Shown here piece by piece: positions 39,612 through 48,950 of a stretch of 64,000 bases of DNA; positions within the stretch are counted from its first letter, which is position 1; each line of letters begins with the position of its first letter. Below the pieces are notes generated by a model. That model was given only the letters and a program-made list of their open reading frames with translations, was not told the DNA's origin and ran no database searches. Both the position numbers and the translations under genes were made by a program. The stretch lies in the NCBI GenBank assembly GCA_963727485.1, contig CAVSGM010000011.1, positions 930,617-994,616 on the forward strand, in the 5' to 3' direction. The DNA is from an uncultured delta proteobacterium. GTDB lineage: Bacteria; Myxococcota; Myxococcia; SLRQ01.

Positions 39612-40447
39612 TGCCCTGGTTCAGCAAGAGCCCGGCCAAGAAGGTCACGGAGAAGAAGGGCCACATCGCCGAGGGCATCTGGGCGAAGTGCGACGGCTGC
39701 GGCGAGATCATCTACGCCGCAGAGATCGAGCGCAACCTCGAGGTCTGCCCCCTCTGCGACCACCACTTCCACTGGCCCATCAGAAAGCGCATCGAGGGGA
39801 TCTTCGATCCGGGGAGCTTCGAGGAGATGGACCTCGAGCTCCTCCCCGACGATCCCCTGGGGTTCACCGACTCCAAGCGCTACCGCGACCGCCTGCGCTC
39901 GGCGCGCAAGGCCCAGAACGACGCCGACGCCTTCATCAGCGGGATGGCGCGCCTCGACGGCCACCTGGTCAGCGTCGGCGGGTTCAACTTCAAGTTCATG
40001 GGCGGGTCCATGGGCTCGGTGGTCGGTGAGAAGGTCACCCGGGTCTTCGAGCGGGGGCACGATCGCGGGTGCGCGGCGATCATCTTCAACGCCTCGGGCG
40101 GGGCGCGGATGCAGGAGGGGATCTTCTCCCTGATGCAGATGGCCAAGGCGTCCGCGGCGGTGTCCCGGTTCAAGGCCCGGGGCAAGCCCTACATCTCGGT
40201 GATGCTCCATCCCACCACCGGCGGCGTCGCCGCGTCGTTCGCGTGGCTGGGCGACGTGATCATGGCCGAGCCCAAGGCGCTCATCGGCTTCGCCGGGCCC
40301 CGGGTCATCGAGCAGACCATCCGCCAGACGCTGCCCGACGGGTTCCAGCGCTCGGAGTTCCTCATCGAGAAGGGCATGATCGACATGGTGGTCCACCGCA
40401 AGGAGATGCGGGACCGCCTGGCCCTGCTCCTGAACCTGCTGGGGTAG
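39611..40447 (+). CDS. accD: Acetyl-CoA carboxylase carboxyltransferase beta subunit
   Basis: WAKCDGC...VCPLC zinc finger, FMGGSMG, SGGARMQEG, PTTGGVAAS, IGFAGPRVIEQT. Confidence 0.97.
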   Translation: MPWFSKSPAKKVTEKKGHIAEGIWAKCDGCGEIIYAAEIERNLEVCPLCDHHFHWPIRKRIEGIFDPGSFEEMDLELLPDDPLGFTDSKRYRDRLRSARKAQNDADAFISGMARLDGHLVSVGGFNFKFMGGSMGSVVGEKVTRVFERGHDRGCAAIIFNASGGARMQEGIFSLMQMAKASAAVSRFKARGKPYISVMLHPTTGGVAASFAWLGDVIMAEPKALIGFAGPRVIEQTIRQTLPDGFQRSEFLIEKGMIDMVVHRKEMRDRLALLLNLLG

Positions 40448-40450
40448 CCC

Positions 40451-41767
40451 TTGAGCCGCGAGGTCGAGCAGTTCCTCTTCGGGCTGCGCGCCCGCGGGGT
40501 GAAGCCGGGGCTCCGGCCCGTGCGCGCGGTCCTCGATGCGCTGGGGGCGCCGGATCGCGCGGTGCCGGTGCTCCAGGTGGTGGGCACGGTGGGCAAGGGC
40601 AGCACCACCGCCATGGCGGCGTCGGTGCTCCAGGCGGCGGGGCTGCGCGCGGCGCGGTTCACCTCGCCGCACCTGGTCCGCTACCGCGAGCGCTTCGTGG
40701 TGGACGGGGAGATGGTCGGCGAGGCGGCCCTCGACGACGCGGTGGCCCGGGTGCGGCGCGAGGTGCCGTGGGCGGCCGGTGACGCGGAGGCGCCCGCGGG
40801 CCTGCGACCGCTGACGTTCTTCGAGTGGTCCACGGTGCTGGCGTGGGTGCTCTTCGCCGCGGCGGGCGCCGAGGTGGTGGTGCTCGAGTGCGGCCTCGGC
40901 GGGCGCTGGGACGCCACCACCGCGTGTCACGCCGACGTGGTCGCGGTGAGCCGCATCGGCCTGGACCACATGGGCACGCTCGGGGACACCCTGGCCGCCA
41001 TCGCCGGGGAGAAGGCGGCGGCGATCCGGGCCGGCAGGCCCGTGGTCACGGTGGACCAGGTGCCCGAGGCCGCGGCGGTGGTGACGGCGCGGGCGGCCGA
41101 GGTGGGGGCGCCGCTCACCGTCCTGGGGGACCAGGTTTCCGTTTCACCCGCAGAAGACACGGATCGGTTTACCTATCACGGCCGGTCGCTGGTCGCCGAC
41201 GAGCTGGCTCTGCCCCTGATCGGGGCGCACCAGGTGGAGAACGCCGGGTTGGCGTTGGCCGCGGTGGAGGCGCTGGCGGCGGTGCGTGGGCTCGCCGTCG
41301 ACGCTTCGGCGATGCGCCGGGGTCTGGCCTCGGTCGCCTGGCCCGGGCGCCTCGAGGAGGTCTCGCCCGGGGTCTGGGTCGACGGCGCCCACAACCGCCC
41401 GGCCGCCGAGGCGTTGGCGGCGGCGGTGGCCGAGCGCTTCCCCGGTCGCCAGGTCCACCTGGTGTTCGCGGTGCTCGAAGGCCGGGACCCGGTGTCGATC
41501 CTGGAGCCGCTGTTGCCGCTCGCGGAGACGGTGACGCTCACCATGGCCGGCGGGGACCGGGCCTGCGATCCCGCCTCCTACGCCGAGACCGTCCGGTCCC
41601 GGCACCGGGCGGTGCGGGTCGAGCCCGGGCCGGCCGCCGCCCTCGCGTCCGCCGGGCGACCAGCCCTGGTCTGCGGCTCTCTCTACCTCGCCGGCGAGGT
41701 CCGCGCGGCGGCCACCGGGCTGTCGCCGGATCCCGGCGACCCCTCGGCCCCAGGTGTAAGCCCGTAG
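40451..41767 (+). CDS. folC: Folylpolyglutamate synthase / dihydrofolate synthase
   Basis: VGTVGKGST, FTSPHL, ECGLGGRWDAT, GLDH, HQVENA, WPGRLE, DGAHN, GSLYL; accD-folC synteny. Confidence 0.93.
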   Translation: MSREVEQFLFGLRARGVKPGLRPVRAVLDALGAPDRAVPVLQVVGTVGKGSTTAMAASVLQAAGLRAARFTSPHLVRYRERFVVDGEMVGEAALDDAVARVRREVPWAAGDAEAPAGLRPLTFFEWSTVLAWVLFAAAGAEVVVLECGLGGRWDATTACHADVVAVSRIGLDHMGTLGDTLAAIAGEKAAAIRAGRPVVTVDQVPEAAAVVTARAAEVGAPLTVLGDQVSVSPAEDTDRFTYHGRSLVADELALPLIGAHQVENAGLALAAVEALAAVRGLAVDASAMRRGLASVAWPGRLEEVSPGVWVDGAHNRPAAEALAAAVAERFPGRQVHLVFAVLEGRDPVSILEPLLPLAETVTLTMAGGDRACDPASYAETVRSRHRAVRVEPGPAAALASAGRPALVCGSLYLAGEVRAAATGLSPDPGDPSAPGVSP

Positions 41768-41926
41768 GATAGAGCCCATAGTTTCCCGTTCATCGCCGCC
41801 GACCCGCGACGCCTCGCACCGGGTGATGTCCCACGTCGCTGGTCAGATGCGGAACCAACCGGTAGGGTTTCAGATCCGGGGGGCCAACGCCCCATGTTTC
41901 TGATTCACGATGGAGGCGTCCCTTTT

Positions 41927-44900
41927 ATGTGTCGCTCTGCCCTACGGTCTTCCCTCGCCCTGGTCCTCGTCGGTCTCACCGGCGCCTGCGCCTCCAACAC
42001 GCCTCCGGCGTTCACCAGGGTGTCCGCCTCGCCGCAGGTCGTCGCCCGTGGCGGGCTGGTCCAGATCGCCGCGCCGGCCACGGACAAGAATGGCGACGCC
42101 CTCAAGTACGCCTGGACGGTGAGTGACGGCTGGACCCTGGTGTCCGGCGGCGACGGCGCCGCGGTGGTGAAGGCCCCGGACACCCCCGACACCCAGGGGG
42201 TGGTGAAGGTGACCGTCGACGACGGCCACAAGGGCACGGCGACCGCGTCGATCGCGGTGGCCACCTCGAAAGACCACGCGCCGGCCCTCTCGGGGGTGAC
42301 AGCGACCCCCGACACCGTGGCCCCCGGGGCCACCATCGCCCTCTCGGCCGCCGCCACCGACGCCGACGGCGACGCGGTGACCTACGCCTGGACCGCGCCG
42401 CCAGGGTGGACCCTCGCCGACGGCGACAAGGCCGACGCGACCCTGACCGCCCCGGCCACCTACGGCACCGCGGGCCTGGTCCTGCTCACCGTCGACGACG
42501 GCCAGGGCGGCGCCGTGAGCGGCAGCGTCCTGGTGCGCACCACGGCCGACCAGGCCCCGGTGATCACCGCCCTGGACGCGACCCCCAACCCGGTGCTCCC
42601 CGGCGGCACCGTGGCGCTCTCGGCCGCGGCCACCAGCCCCACGGGGAACACCGTCTCCTACAGCTGGAGCCTGTCCGGTACCGGCTGGACCCTCACCGGC
42701 GCCGACACCGCGAGCGCCACGCTCACCGCGCCGGCCGCCTACGCCGACTCGGTGATCGCCACGGTCACCGCCGACGACGGGGCCGGAGGCACCTCCACCG
42801 CGTCGGTGGTCGTCTCCACCACCGCGGATCGGGCGCCGGTCATCTCCACCGTGACCGCCTCGCCGACCCCGGCGGTGAGGGGCATGCTGGTGGCCCTCGC
42901 CGCAGCCGCCCAGGACCCCGACGGCGACGCCTTCACCTACGCCTGGTCCTTCGCCTCCACGCCCACCGGCTCGGCGGCGACCCTCTCCGATCCCACGGCG
43001 GCGAGCCCCACCTTCACCCCCGACGTCCACGGCACCTACGTCGTCCGTCTGGTGGCCACCGACACCGACGGGGCCGCCAGCGCGCCCTTCGACACCCGGG
43101 TGGTGCCGGCGAACGGCACGCCCACCGCGGTCATCGCCGGGAACCCGCCGCTGGCGGCGGTTCAGAACACCGACCTCACCCTCGACGGCTCGGGGTCGAG
43201 CACCCCCGCCGGGGACGCGCTGACCTGGCAGTGGGCGGTGAGCGCGAAGCCGGCGGGGAGCACCGCCACCGTGACGCCCGTGGGCGACGGAGCCACCGCC
43301 ACCTTCCATGCGGACACGGCGGGGACGTACACCGTGGCGCTCGACGTCACCGACCCCTGGAACGACACGGGCCACACCACCACCACCGTGACCGTGGCCG
43401 GAGCCGCCCAGCTCGCCATCGCCAGTGGGAACAACCAGAGCGGCGAGGTCTATACCGACCTCGCGCAGCCGATGGTGGTCCAGGCGCGCACCGTTGACGG
43501 GGCGCCGGTGCCGGGCCTCCGGATCGACTGGAGCCCCGCCGGCGGCACCCTCGGGAACCCGTCGAGCGGCGCCACCGACGCCAACGGAGAGGCCCGGATG
43601 GTTCTCCGCACCAGCCGCATCGCCGGGGCGGGCACGCTCCTCGCCCAGGTCCACGGTGAGCCCTCGCTCACCGCCACCTTCGACTTCACCGCGGAGCCCG
43701 GTGCGCCGGTGAGCCTCAATGTGAGCGCGCCAGTGGGCAACGCCGACACCGGCACCACGGTCTCGGTGCGTCCGGTGGACGAGTACGGCAACCCGACCAA
43801 CGCCAGCGCGCTTGCCAATGGCCTCGCCTTCCGGCTCGACGCCAGCGGCTCGGCGACCTTCGCCACCACCGCCACCTCCGGCAGTCTCCTCGCCGGCGGG
43901 GGCACCAACCAGATCGACGGCCAGCTGGTGGGTGGAACCTTCGACATCGCCCTGACCGATCGGGTCGCCGAGGGGCTGACGGTGACCATCGGGCAGAGCC
44001 CGGGGACGACCCGGGTCCTCGGCTACACCGGCTGGCGAGTGCTCCTCGACGACAACGCCGAGCTCTCCCTGATGATCTGGGCCACCGATCACGCCGACGC
44101 CCCGGGCTTCAAGGTGGAGAACGGCGCCGCCGTCGCCCATGGTGGCAGCCGTTCCCTGGGGCTCGACCTGGCGCCCTCGGACACCGCGCTCGCCGGCGAC
44201 AGCGTCGTGTCCGACTGGTTCGCCGCCCCTCCGACGTCGCTGATGAAGCTGGCCTGGTGGCAGGACGTCGCCGTCGCCTCCGGCACCGACGCCACCCGCG
44301 GCTGTACCGCCCAGCCGGACCTCTACGTCGTTGCGCGTTCCTGCAACGGCTACCGCTGCTCGTCCCATCCGCTGGCGCCACGAGCCGGCTATCCGGTCAC
44401 CGATGCCTGCTCCGGCCAGCCGGGCTTCGGGACCACGTCGGGCTGGGAGCGCCGGGAGGTCGACATCACCGACGCGCTCGCTGCCGGCTTCCATAACCTC
44501 CAGTTCGACATGTCGAACGATCCGAACGCGGCGACCCCGGCCGCGGCGAGCCACTGGTGGCTCGATGACCTGCGTGTCAGCTACCTGGCCGCGGGGACGA
44601 CCGACACCGTCATCCGGCCTGGCGCCGCGACCACGGTGGCATGGACGGCCGGGACCTACGACACCTCCGGCGACGTCAACCTGGGGGCCTGCCTCTCGGG
44701 GTTCCCCCAGATCGCTGTGACCGCGGACATCGTCGACGCCTATGGGAACCGCACCCAGGATAGCCAGCTGGCCTTCGGCCTGGGCTGGGGCGGCAGCGCC
44801 ACCGCAGACCGGGCGTATCTGGGCAGCGTCGTCTCTCTGGGGGCGACGAACGCGGTGATGCGGTTCGAGCGGGGCCGCGCTTCCCTGATACTCGACGACA

Positions 44901-45376
44901 CCACTGCCGAGTCCATGACGTTGACGCTCACGGACCCGCAGGGATCCGGGCTCACCCTGGGCCCCGATGCCACCGCCGCCTTCGCTCCCTGGGCCTGCCA
45001 CTACGACGGCGTCGGCGGCGGGTGGTCCGACACGGTGCCCACCTACACCTTCGACGCGACGGAGGCGACGCGGGCCTGCGAGACGCGGTACGGAGCGGGG
45101 GCGTGTACGGCAAACGCCCACTTCGCCTTCCAGCAGTCCCCCCCGCAGACCTGCGGCTCCTTCTATTTCCGCTGGACCTGGGCCGATGTCTCGGAGACCG
45201 ACGTGTGCAGCTTGTACTCCTACGCTCGCATCGCGGGACACGTGGACGAGGGCTTCTGGCTGCCCTATGGCTTTGCCGGCACCTACTACTGCGTCAACCA
45301 CTGCGGCTGGGGTGTCCCCGGGGGCGGCTTCTCGCTGCGGCCCGGTTCCGGCCCGAACAGGTTCGCCTGGTACTAG
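41927..45376 (+). CDS. Large surface lipoprotein with tandem PKD/Ig-like repeats and a Cys-rich C-terminal domain
   Basis: TGGAGG RBS, lipobox LTGA-C. About five ~90-aa repeats containing motifs such as A.D.DGD...Y.W and TVDDG; invasin-like ISGNNQSG..TDANGEA segment; Cys-rich tail. Confidence 0.8.
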   Translation: MCRSALRSSLALVLVGLTGACASNTPPAFTRVSASPQVVARGGLVQIAAPATDKNGDALKYAWTVSDGWTLVSGGDGAAVVKAPDTPDTQGVVKVTVDDGHKGTATASIAVATSKDHAPALSGVTATPDTVAPGATIALSAAATDADGDAVTYAWTAPPGWTLADGDKADATLTAPATYGTAGLVLLTVDDGQGGAVSGSVLVRTTADQAPVITALDATPNPVLPGGTVALSAAATSPTGNTVSYSWSLSGTGWTLTGADTASATLTAPAAYADSVIATVTADDGAGGTSTASVVVSTTADRAPVISTVTASPTPAVRGMLVALAAAAQDPDGDAFTYAWSFASTPTGSAATLSDPTAASPTFTPDVHGTYVVRLVATDTDGAASAPFDTRVVPANGTPTAVIAGNPPLAAVQNTDLTLDGSGSSTPAGDALTWQWAVSAKPAGSTATVTPVGDGATATFHADTAGTYTVALDVTDPWNDTGHTTTTVTVAGAAQLAIASGNNQSGEVYTDLAQPMVVQARTVDGAPVPGLRIDWSPAGGTLGNPSSGATDANGEARMVLRTSRIAGAGTLLAQVHGEPSLTATFDFTAEPGAPVSLNVSAPVGNADTGTTVSVRPVDEYGNPTNASALANGLAFRLDASGSATFATTATSGSLLAGGGTNQIDGQLVGGTFDIALTDRVAEGLTVTIGQSPGTTRVLGYTGWRVLLDDNAELSLMIWATDHADAPGFKVENGAAVAHGGSRSLGLDLAPSDTALAGDSVVSDWFAAPPTSLMKLAWWQDVAVASGTDATRGCTAQPDLYVVARSCNGYRCSSHPLAPRAGYPVTDACSGQPGFGTTSGWERREVDITDALAAGFHNLQFDMSNDPNAATPAAASHWWLDDLRVSYLAAGTTDTVIRPGAATTVAWTAGTYDTSGDVNLGACLSGFPQIAVTADIVDAYGNRTQDSQLAFGLGWGGSATADRAYLGSVVSLGATNAVMRFERGRASLILDDTTAESMTLTLTDPQGSGLTLGPDATAAFAPWACHYDGVGGGWSDTVPTYTFDATEATRACETRYGAGACTANAHFAFQQSPPQTCGSFYFRWTWADVSETDVCSLYSYARIAGHVDEGFWLPYGFAGTYYCVNHCGWGVPGGGFSLRPGSGPNRFAWY

Positions 45377-45385
45377 ACGGCGCGC

Positions 45386-46168
45386 CTACCCGAGCAGCCG
45401 CATCACCGCCTGGGGCACCTTGAGGATCGCCAGGGCGCTGGCGACCACCATCACCACCAGCACCCAGCGGATCCACGGCGCGCCCTTCTTCACCGCCAGC
45501 CGCGCGCCCAGGTAGCCGCCGATCCCGTTGCCCACGGCCAGCACCGCCCCGGCGGCCCAGTCCACCTTGCCGCCGGCGGCGAAGATCCCCAGCGCCACCA
45601 CCGAGAGCGCCAGCGCCAGGGTCACCTTGATCCCGTTGGCGCGCACCAGGTCGAGGCCGGCGCCGGCCACCAGCGCCCCCAGGACGAAGAACCCGTAGCC
45701 CGCCTGGATGAACCCGGCGTAGATCCCGATGCCGAAGAACGCCGCGTAGGTCCCGACGCCGAAGCGGGGGACCTCGGCGCTCTCCGACTTGAGCCACCGC
45801 TGCGGCCGCACCAGGACGAACCCCGCCATCACCAGGAGCACCCCCCCGAGGACCGGGCGGAACGCCGCGTCGGACATGCGCGTGGCCACGTAGGCGCCGA
45901 CGACGGTCCCGGCGAGGGTCGGCGCGGCGAGGCGGGCGACGGCGCGCCACGGCACCTTCCCGGCGCGGCCGTAGCCGGTGACCGAGGTGACCCCCTGCAC
46001 CACGATGGCCACCCGGTTGGTCCCGTTGGCCACCGTCGGCGGGATCCCCAGGAAGATCATCAGGGGCAGGGTCAGCAGCGAGCCGCCGCCGGCCATGGCG
46101 TTGACCACGCCGGCGACGAGGCCCCCGGCGACCAGCGCCGCCCACGCCCAGGGAGGAAGGCCGGACAC
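45386..46168 (-). CDS. TauE/SafE (TSUP) family permease
   Basis: AGVVNAMAGGGSLL, ANGTN, YAGFIQAG, multiple TM helices. Confidence 0.9.
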   Translation of the reverse strand: MSGLPPWAWAALVAGGLVAGVVNAMAGGGSLLTLPLMIFLGIPPTVANGTNRVAIVVQGVTSVTGYGRAGKVPWRAVARLAAPTLAGTVVGAYVATRMSDAAFRPVLGGVLLVMAGFVLVRPQRWLKSESAEVPRFGVGTYAAFFGIGIYAGFIQAGYGFFVLGALVAGAGLDLVRANGIKVTLALALSVVALGIFAAGGKVDWAAGAVLAVGNGIGGYLGARLAVKKGAPWIRWVLVVMVVASALAILKVPQAVMRLLG

Positions 46169-46172
46169 CGCG

Positions 46173-47449
46173 TCAGGGCTCGCGGCGGGGGAGCACGGGC
46201 TGGCGGTCCTCGTGGGTCACCGAGTACTCCACCAGGTTCTTGATGTCGTAGCAGATCTGCCGGATGTCGTGCCCCATGGTGAGCTCGACGTGGCTGTTGC
46301 CCTTCACCGGCCGCCACAGGAGGTACTCGCTCTGGGCCCCGTAGTAGATGGAGCGGGTCGCGGCGACCCCGGCGAGCCAGTCCCGGTCGCCGAAGATGAT
46401 GGCGAGCGGAATGCGGATGCGGGGGAAGCTGCGCCGGTAGTCGAAGCCGGTGCGGTAGCACTTCAGCTCGTCGTGGCGGATCCACCGGGCGAACTCCTCG
46501 AGGACCTTCCGGGGCTCCCGGTCGCTGCCCTCGCGCAGGAGCCAGCGCACGTCGGCGGCGGTGGCCCGCTCGGGGTTCACCAGCACCGTGAGGTAGGGGG
46601 CCATGCGGGTGAGCGCCGCGTAGCGGTCGTCGGTGAGGACGCGCTCGAGGGCGTGGAGGAAGGTGTCCACCGGGATCTGGCGCCACACCAGCGGGTCCGG
46701 GGGCCGGCCGGCGTCGAGGCGCAGGCGCTTGAGCGGCGTCCGGCCCACCAGCCCGGTGACCCCCCGCCACACCCCCCAGGCGCCCCGGCGGACCTCCGAG
46801 GTGGCCCAGAGGGCGGCGTCGATGGCGGGGACCAGGGCCCCGGCCTGGGCGGCGACCCGAAGGGGCAGAAACCCCCGGCCGAGATCCGAGGGAGCGCCGA
46901 TGGCGATGAGGCCCGCCAGCTCGCCCGGGTGCATCCCGGCGTAGCCGTAGCCGAGGATGCCGCCCATGGAGTGGCCGCAGTAGAAGATCCGCCGGCGGCC
47001 GGTGACCTCCCGGACCTTCGCCACCGCCGCCGGGACGTCGTAGAGGAAGTAGCTGTCGATGTCCCAGCCGAAGTCCAGGTCGTCGGGGAGCGCCTTGCCG
47101 TCGAGGCGGGCCCGGCGGCGCTGGAGGCTAGGGAGCTCTTCCCGTGGCCGCGCAGCTCGAGGAGGAAGAGGTCCGCCCCGAAGAAGAGCATGTTCTTGAG
47201 GAACTCCCCGCTCGACCAGGCGCGCCGGTTCTGGGCGAAGCCGTGGACCAGGAGGATCGGCTGGCCGAAGATCGGCTGGGGGAAGTCCTGGGGGATGGGG
47301 CGATACCGGGTGATCACCAGGGTCCACCGGTCCGCGGTCTCGACCTCGATGCGCTCCTTGACGTGGAGCGACGAGAGGGAGACCTCGTCGACGATGGCCC
47401 GGCCCGGGCGCTGGGGCTCGGCGCCGATCTGGGTCGCGAGATCGGACAT
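46173..47449 (-). CDS. Alpha/beta-fold hydrolase (frameshift near 47135)
   Basis: ATG 47449; LLVHGFAQN, LELRGHG, then a second frame with DVPAAV...GHSMGG (nucleophile elbow), GDRD and SHVEL. Confidence 0.8.
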
Positions 47450-47596
47450 GTTCCAGAGTCTAGTCTGGGGCCCGGAGGGGCTCCAAGCACGCGAAGTCAG
47501 GCGGGGAGGGCGGGGCAAAAGTTTGCCGGGGACCCGGGGGCCGGGTAGCATCCGGGATCGAACGTCTTGGGGCCTCGGGCCCCGGGGAGCGACACC

Positions 47597-48940
47597 ATGA
47601 GGATCTATCGTCTCGCCGCCGTCGCCTGCGTCCTCTGTGTCGCGAGCGTCGCTCATGCCGACGCCCGCAACGTGGTCTCCAGGATCACGGTCACCGACGG
47701 CGCCGGCGGCGCCCAGGTGCGCATCGTGGGCACCCGGGCACCGAGCTTCACCCAGTTCACCCTCCAGGGGCCCCAGCGGGTGGTCATCGACCTCTCGGGC
47801 ACCGTCCTCGCCGGCCCCGCCGCCGAGATCCCCGGGGACGGGCACCTGGTGCGGTCCATCCGCACCGCCATGTTCGAGTCCCGGGACGTGTCCGTGGCCC
47901 GGGTGACCCTGGAGTTCGCCCACCCGGTGACCTACGCCATGCACGCCGACGGTACCGACCTGGTGGTCTCGCTCCAGGGCGCCGCGGGCACCGACGCCGT
48001 CGCCGAGGCCGCGCCCCGGGCCGCCCCGGCGGACACCGGCCGGGTCGCCTCGGCCGAGGCCGCCCGGGTCGCCGCGGACCACGCCCGGGACGCCGCGGCG
48101 AAGCGCGCCGACCAGGCCGCCGCCGAGCTCGCCCAGGCCCGCGCCGCCCTCGCCCAGGCCGTGGCCGACCGGAAGGCCGCCGAGCAGCACGCCACCGACG
48201 AGGCCGCCCGGGCGAAGGCCGCCGAGGCTGCCCGCCAGGCGGCCGTCTCCCAGCTCCACGCCGGCCAAGAGGCCGCGTCCCGGAGCCAGGCCGATGCCCA
48301 GGCCGTGGCCCGGGCCGAGAGCGCCCGGAAGGCCGCCGAGGCCCAGGCCGCCCGCGAGGCCAAGGCCCGCGCCGAGGCCGAGGCCAAGGCGACCGCCCTC
48401 GCCGCCGCCCGGGCCCAGGCCGAGGCCAAGGCCGCCGCCGCCGAGAAGCAGGCCGCCGCCGCCAAGGCCGAGATCGCCCGCCTCCGGTCCCAGGGCCGGG
48501 TGGTCGCCGACGCCCAGGCCGGCGTCGAGCCCGGCCAGCGCTACGCCCTCGCCGAGTACCAGCAGGGCGGCGCCATGGAGGGCACCGGCCCCGCCGTCGC
48601 CCCCGGCGCCCCCAAGGTGATGCAGCTGGTGGGCTTCCGCCAGAAGGACAAGGTCTCCCAGGTGTTCATCAAGACCAACGAGCCCGCCCGCTACTCGGTG
48701 AACGAGGAGGACGGCGCGGTGGTGGTGGAGATCGAGAACACCCAGGCGCGGACCCGCAACGACCTCAACTACCTCGACACCCGCTTCTTCGACTCGGCGG
48801 TCTCCCGCATCGCTCCCCGGGAGATCGAGGGCGCCGGCACCCACGTCGAGATCCGCATCGAGCTCAAGGAGAAGGTGCCCTACGAGGTCAAGCAGGTGGA
48901 CAACGAGATCCAGATCGACTTCCGCCGGCCCGCATCCTAG
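47597..48940 (+). CDS. Periplasmic protein with two AMIN-like domains joined by an Ala-rich coiled coil
   Basis: Signal peptide ending AHA; FTLQGPQRVVIDL AMIN motif; long A/E/K/R helix; second beta-domain with VVVEIENT...YLDTRFFDS. Confidence 0.75.
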   Translation: MRIYRLAAVACVLCVASVAHADARNVVSRITVTDGAGGAQVRIVGTRAPSFTQFTLQGPQRVVIDLSGTVLAGPAAEIPGDGHLVRSIRTAMFESRDVSVARVTLEFAHPVTYAMHADGTDLVVSLQGAAGTDAVAEAAPRAAPADTGRVASAEAARVAADHARDAAAKRADQAAAELAQARAALAQAVADRKAAEQHATDEAARAKAAEAARQAAVSQLHAGQEAASRSQADAQAVARAESARKAAEAQAAREAKARAEAEAKATALAAARAQAEAKAAAAEKQAAAAKAEIARLRSQGRVVADAQAGVEPGQRYALAEYQQGGAMEGTGPAVAPGAPKVMQLVGFRQKDKVSQVFIKTNEPARYSVNEEDGAVVVEIENTQARTRNDLNYLDTRFFDSAVSRIAPREIEGAGTHVEIRIELKEKVPYEVKQVDNEIQIDFRRPAS

Positions 48941-48950
48941 AACGGTCGCC

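Noticed and set aside
41768..41926. AT-richer leader of the large lipoprotein as a riboswitch (e.g. c-di-GMP)
   Set aside because: No recognisable aptamer consensus or terminator; probably just a promoter region.
646..45301. Many long ORFs in the track (e.g. 646-3147 -, 20102-21334 part, 34539-38843 -, 41942-45301 -, 31980-34091 part)
   Set aside because: Antisense or alternate-frame shadows of real genes. Stop codons are rare at this GC content, and the translations are R/G/P-rich with no motifs.
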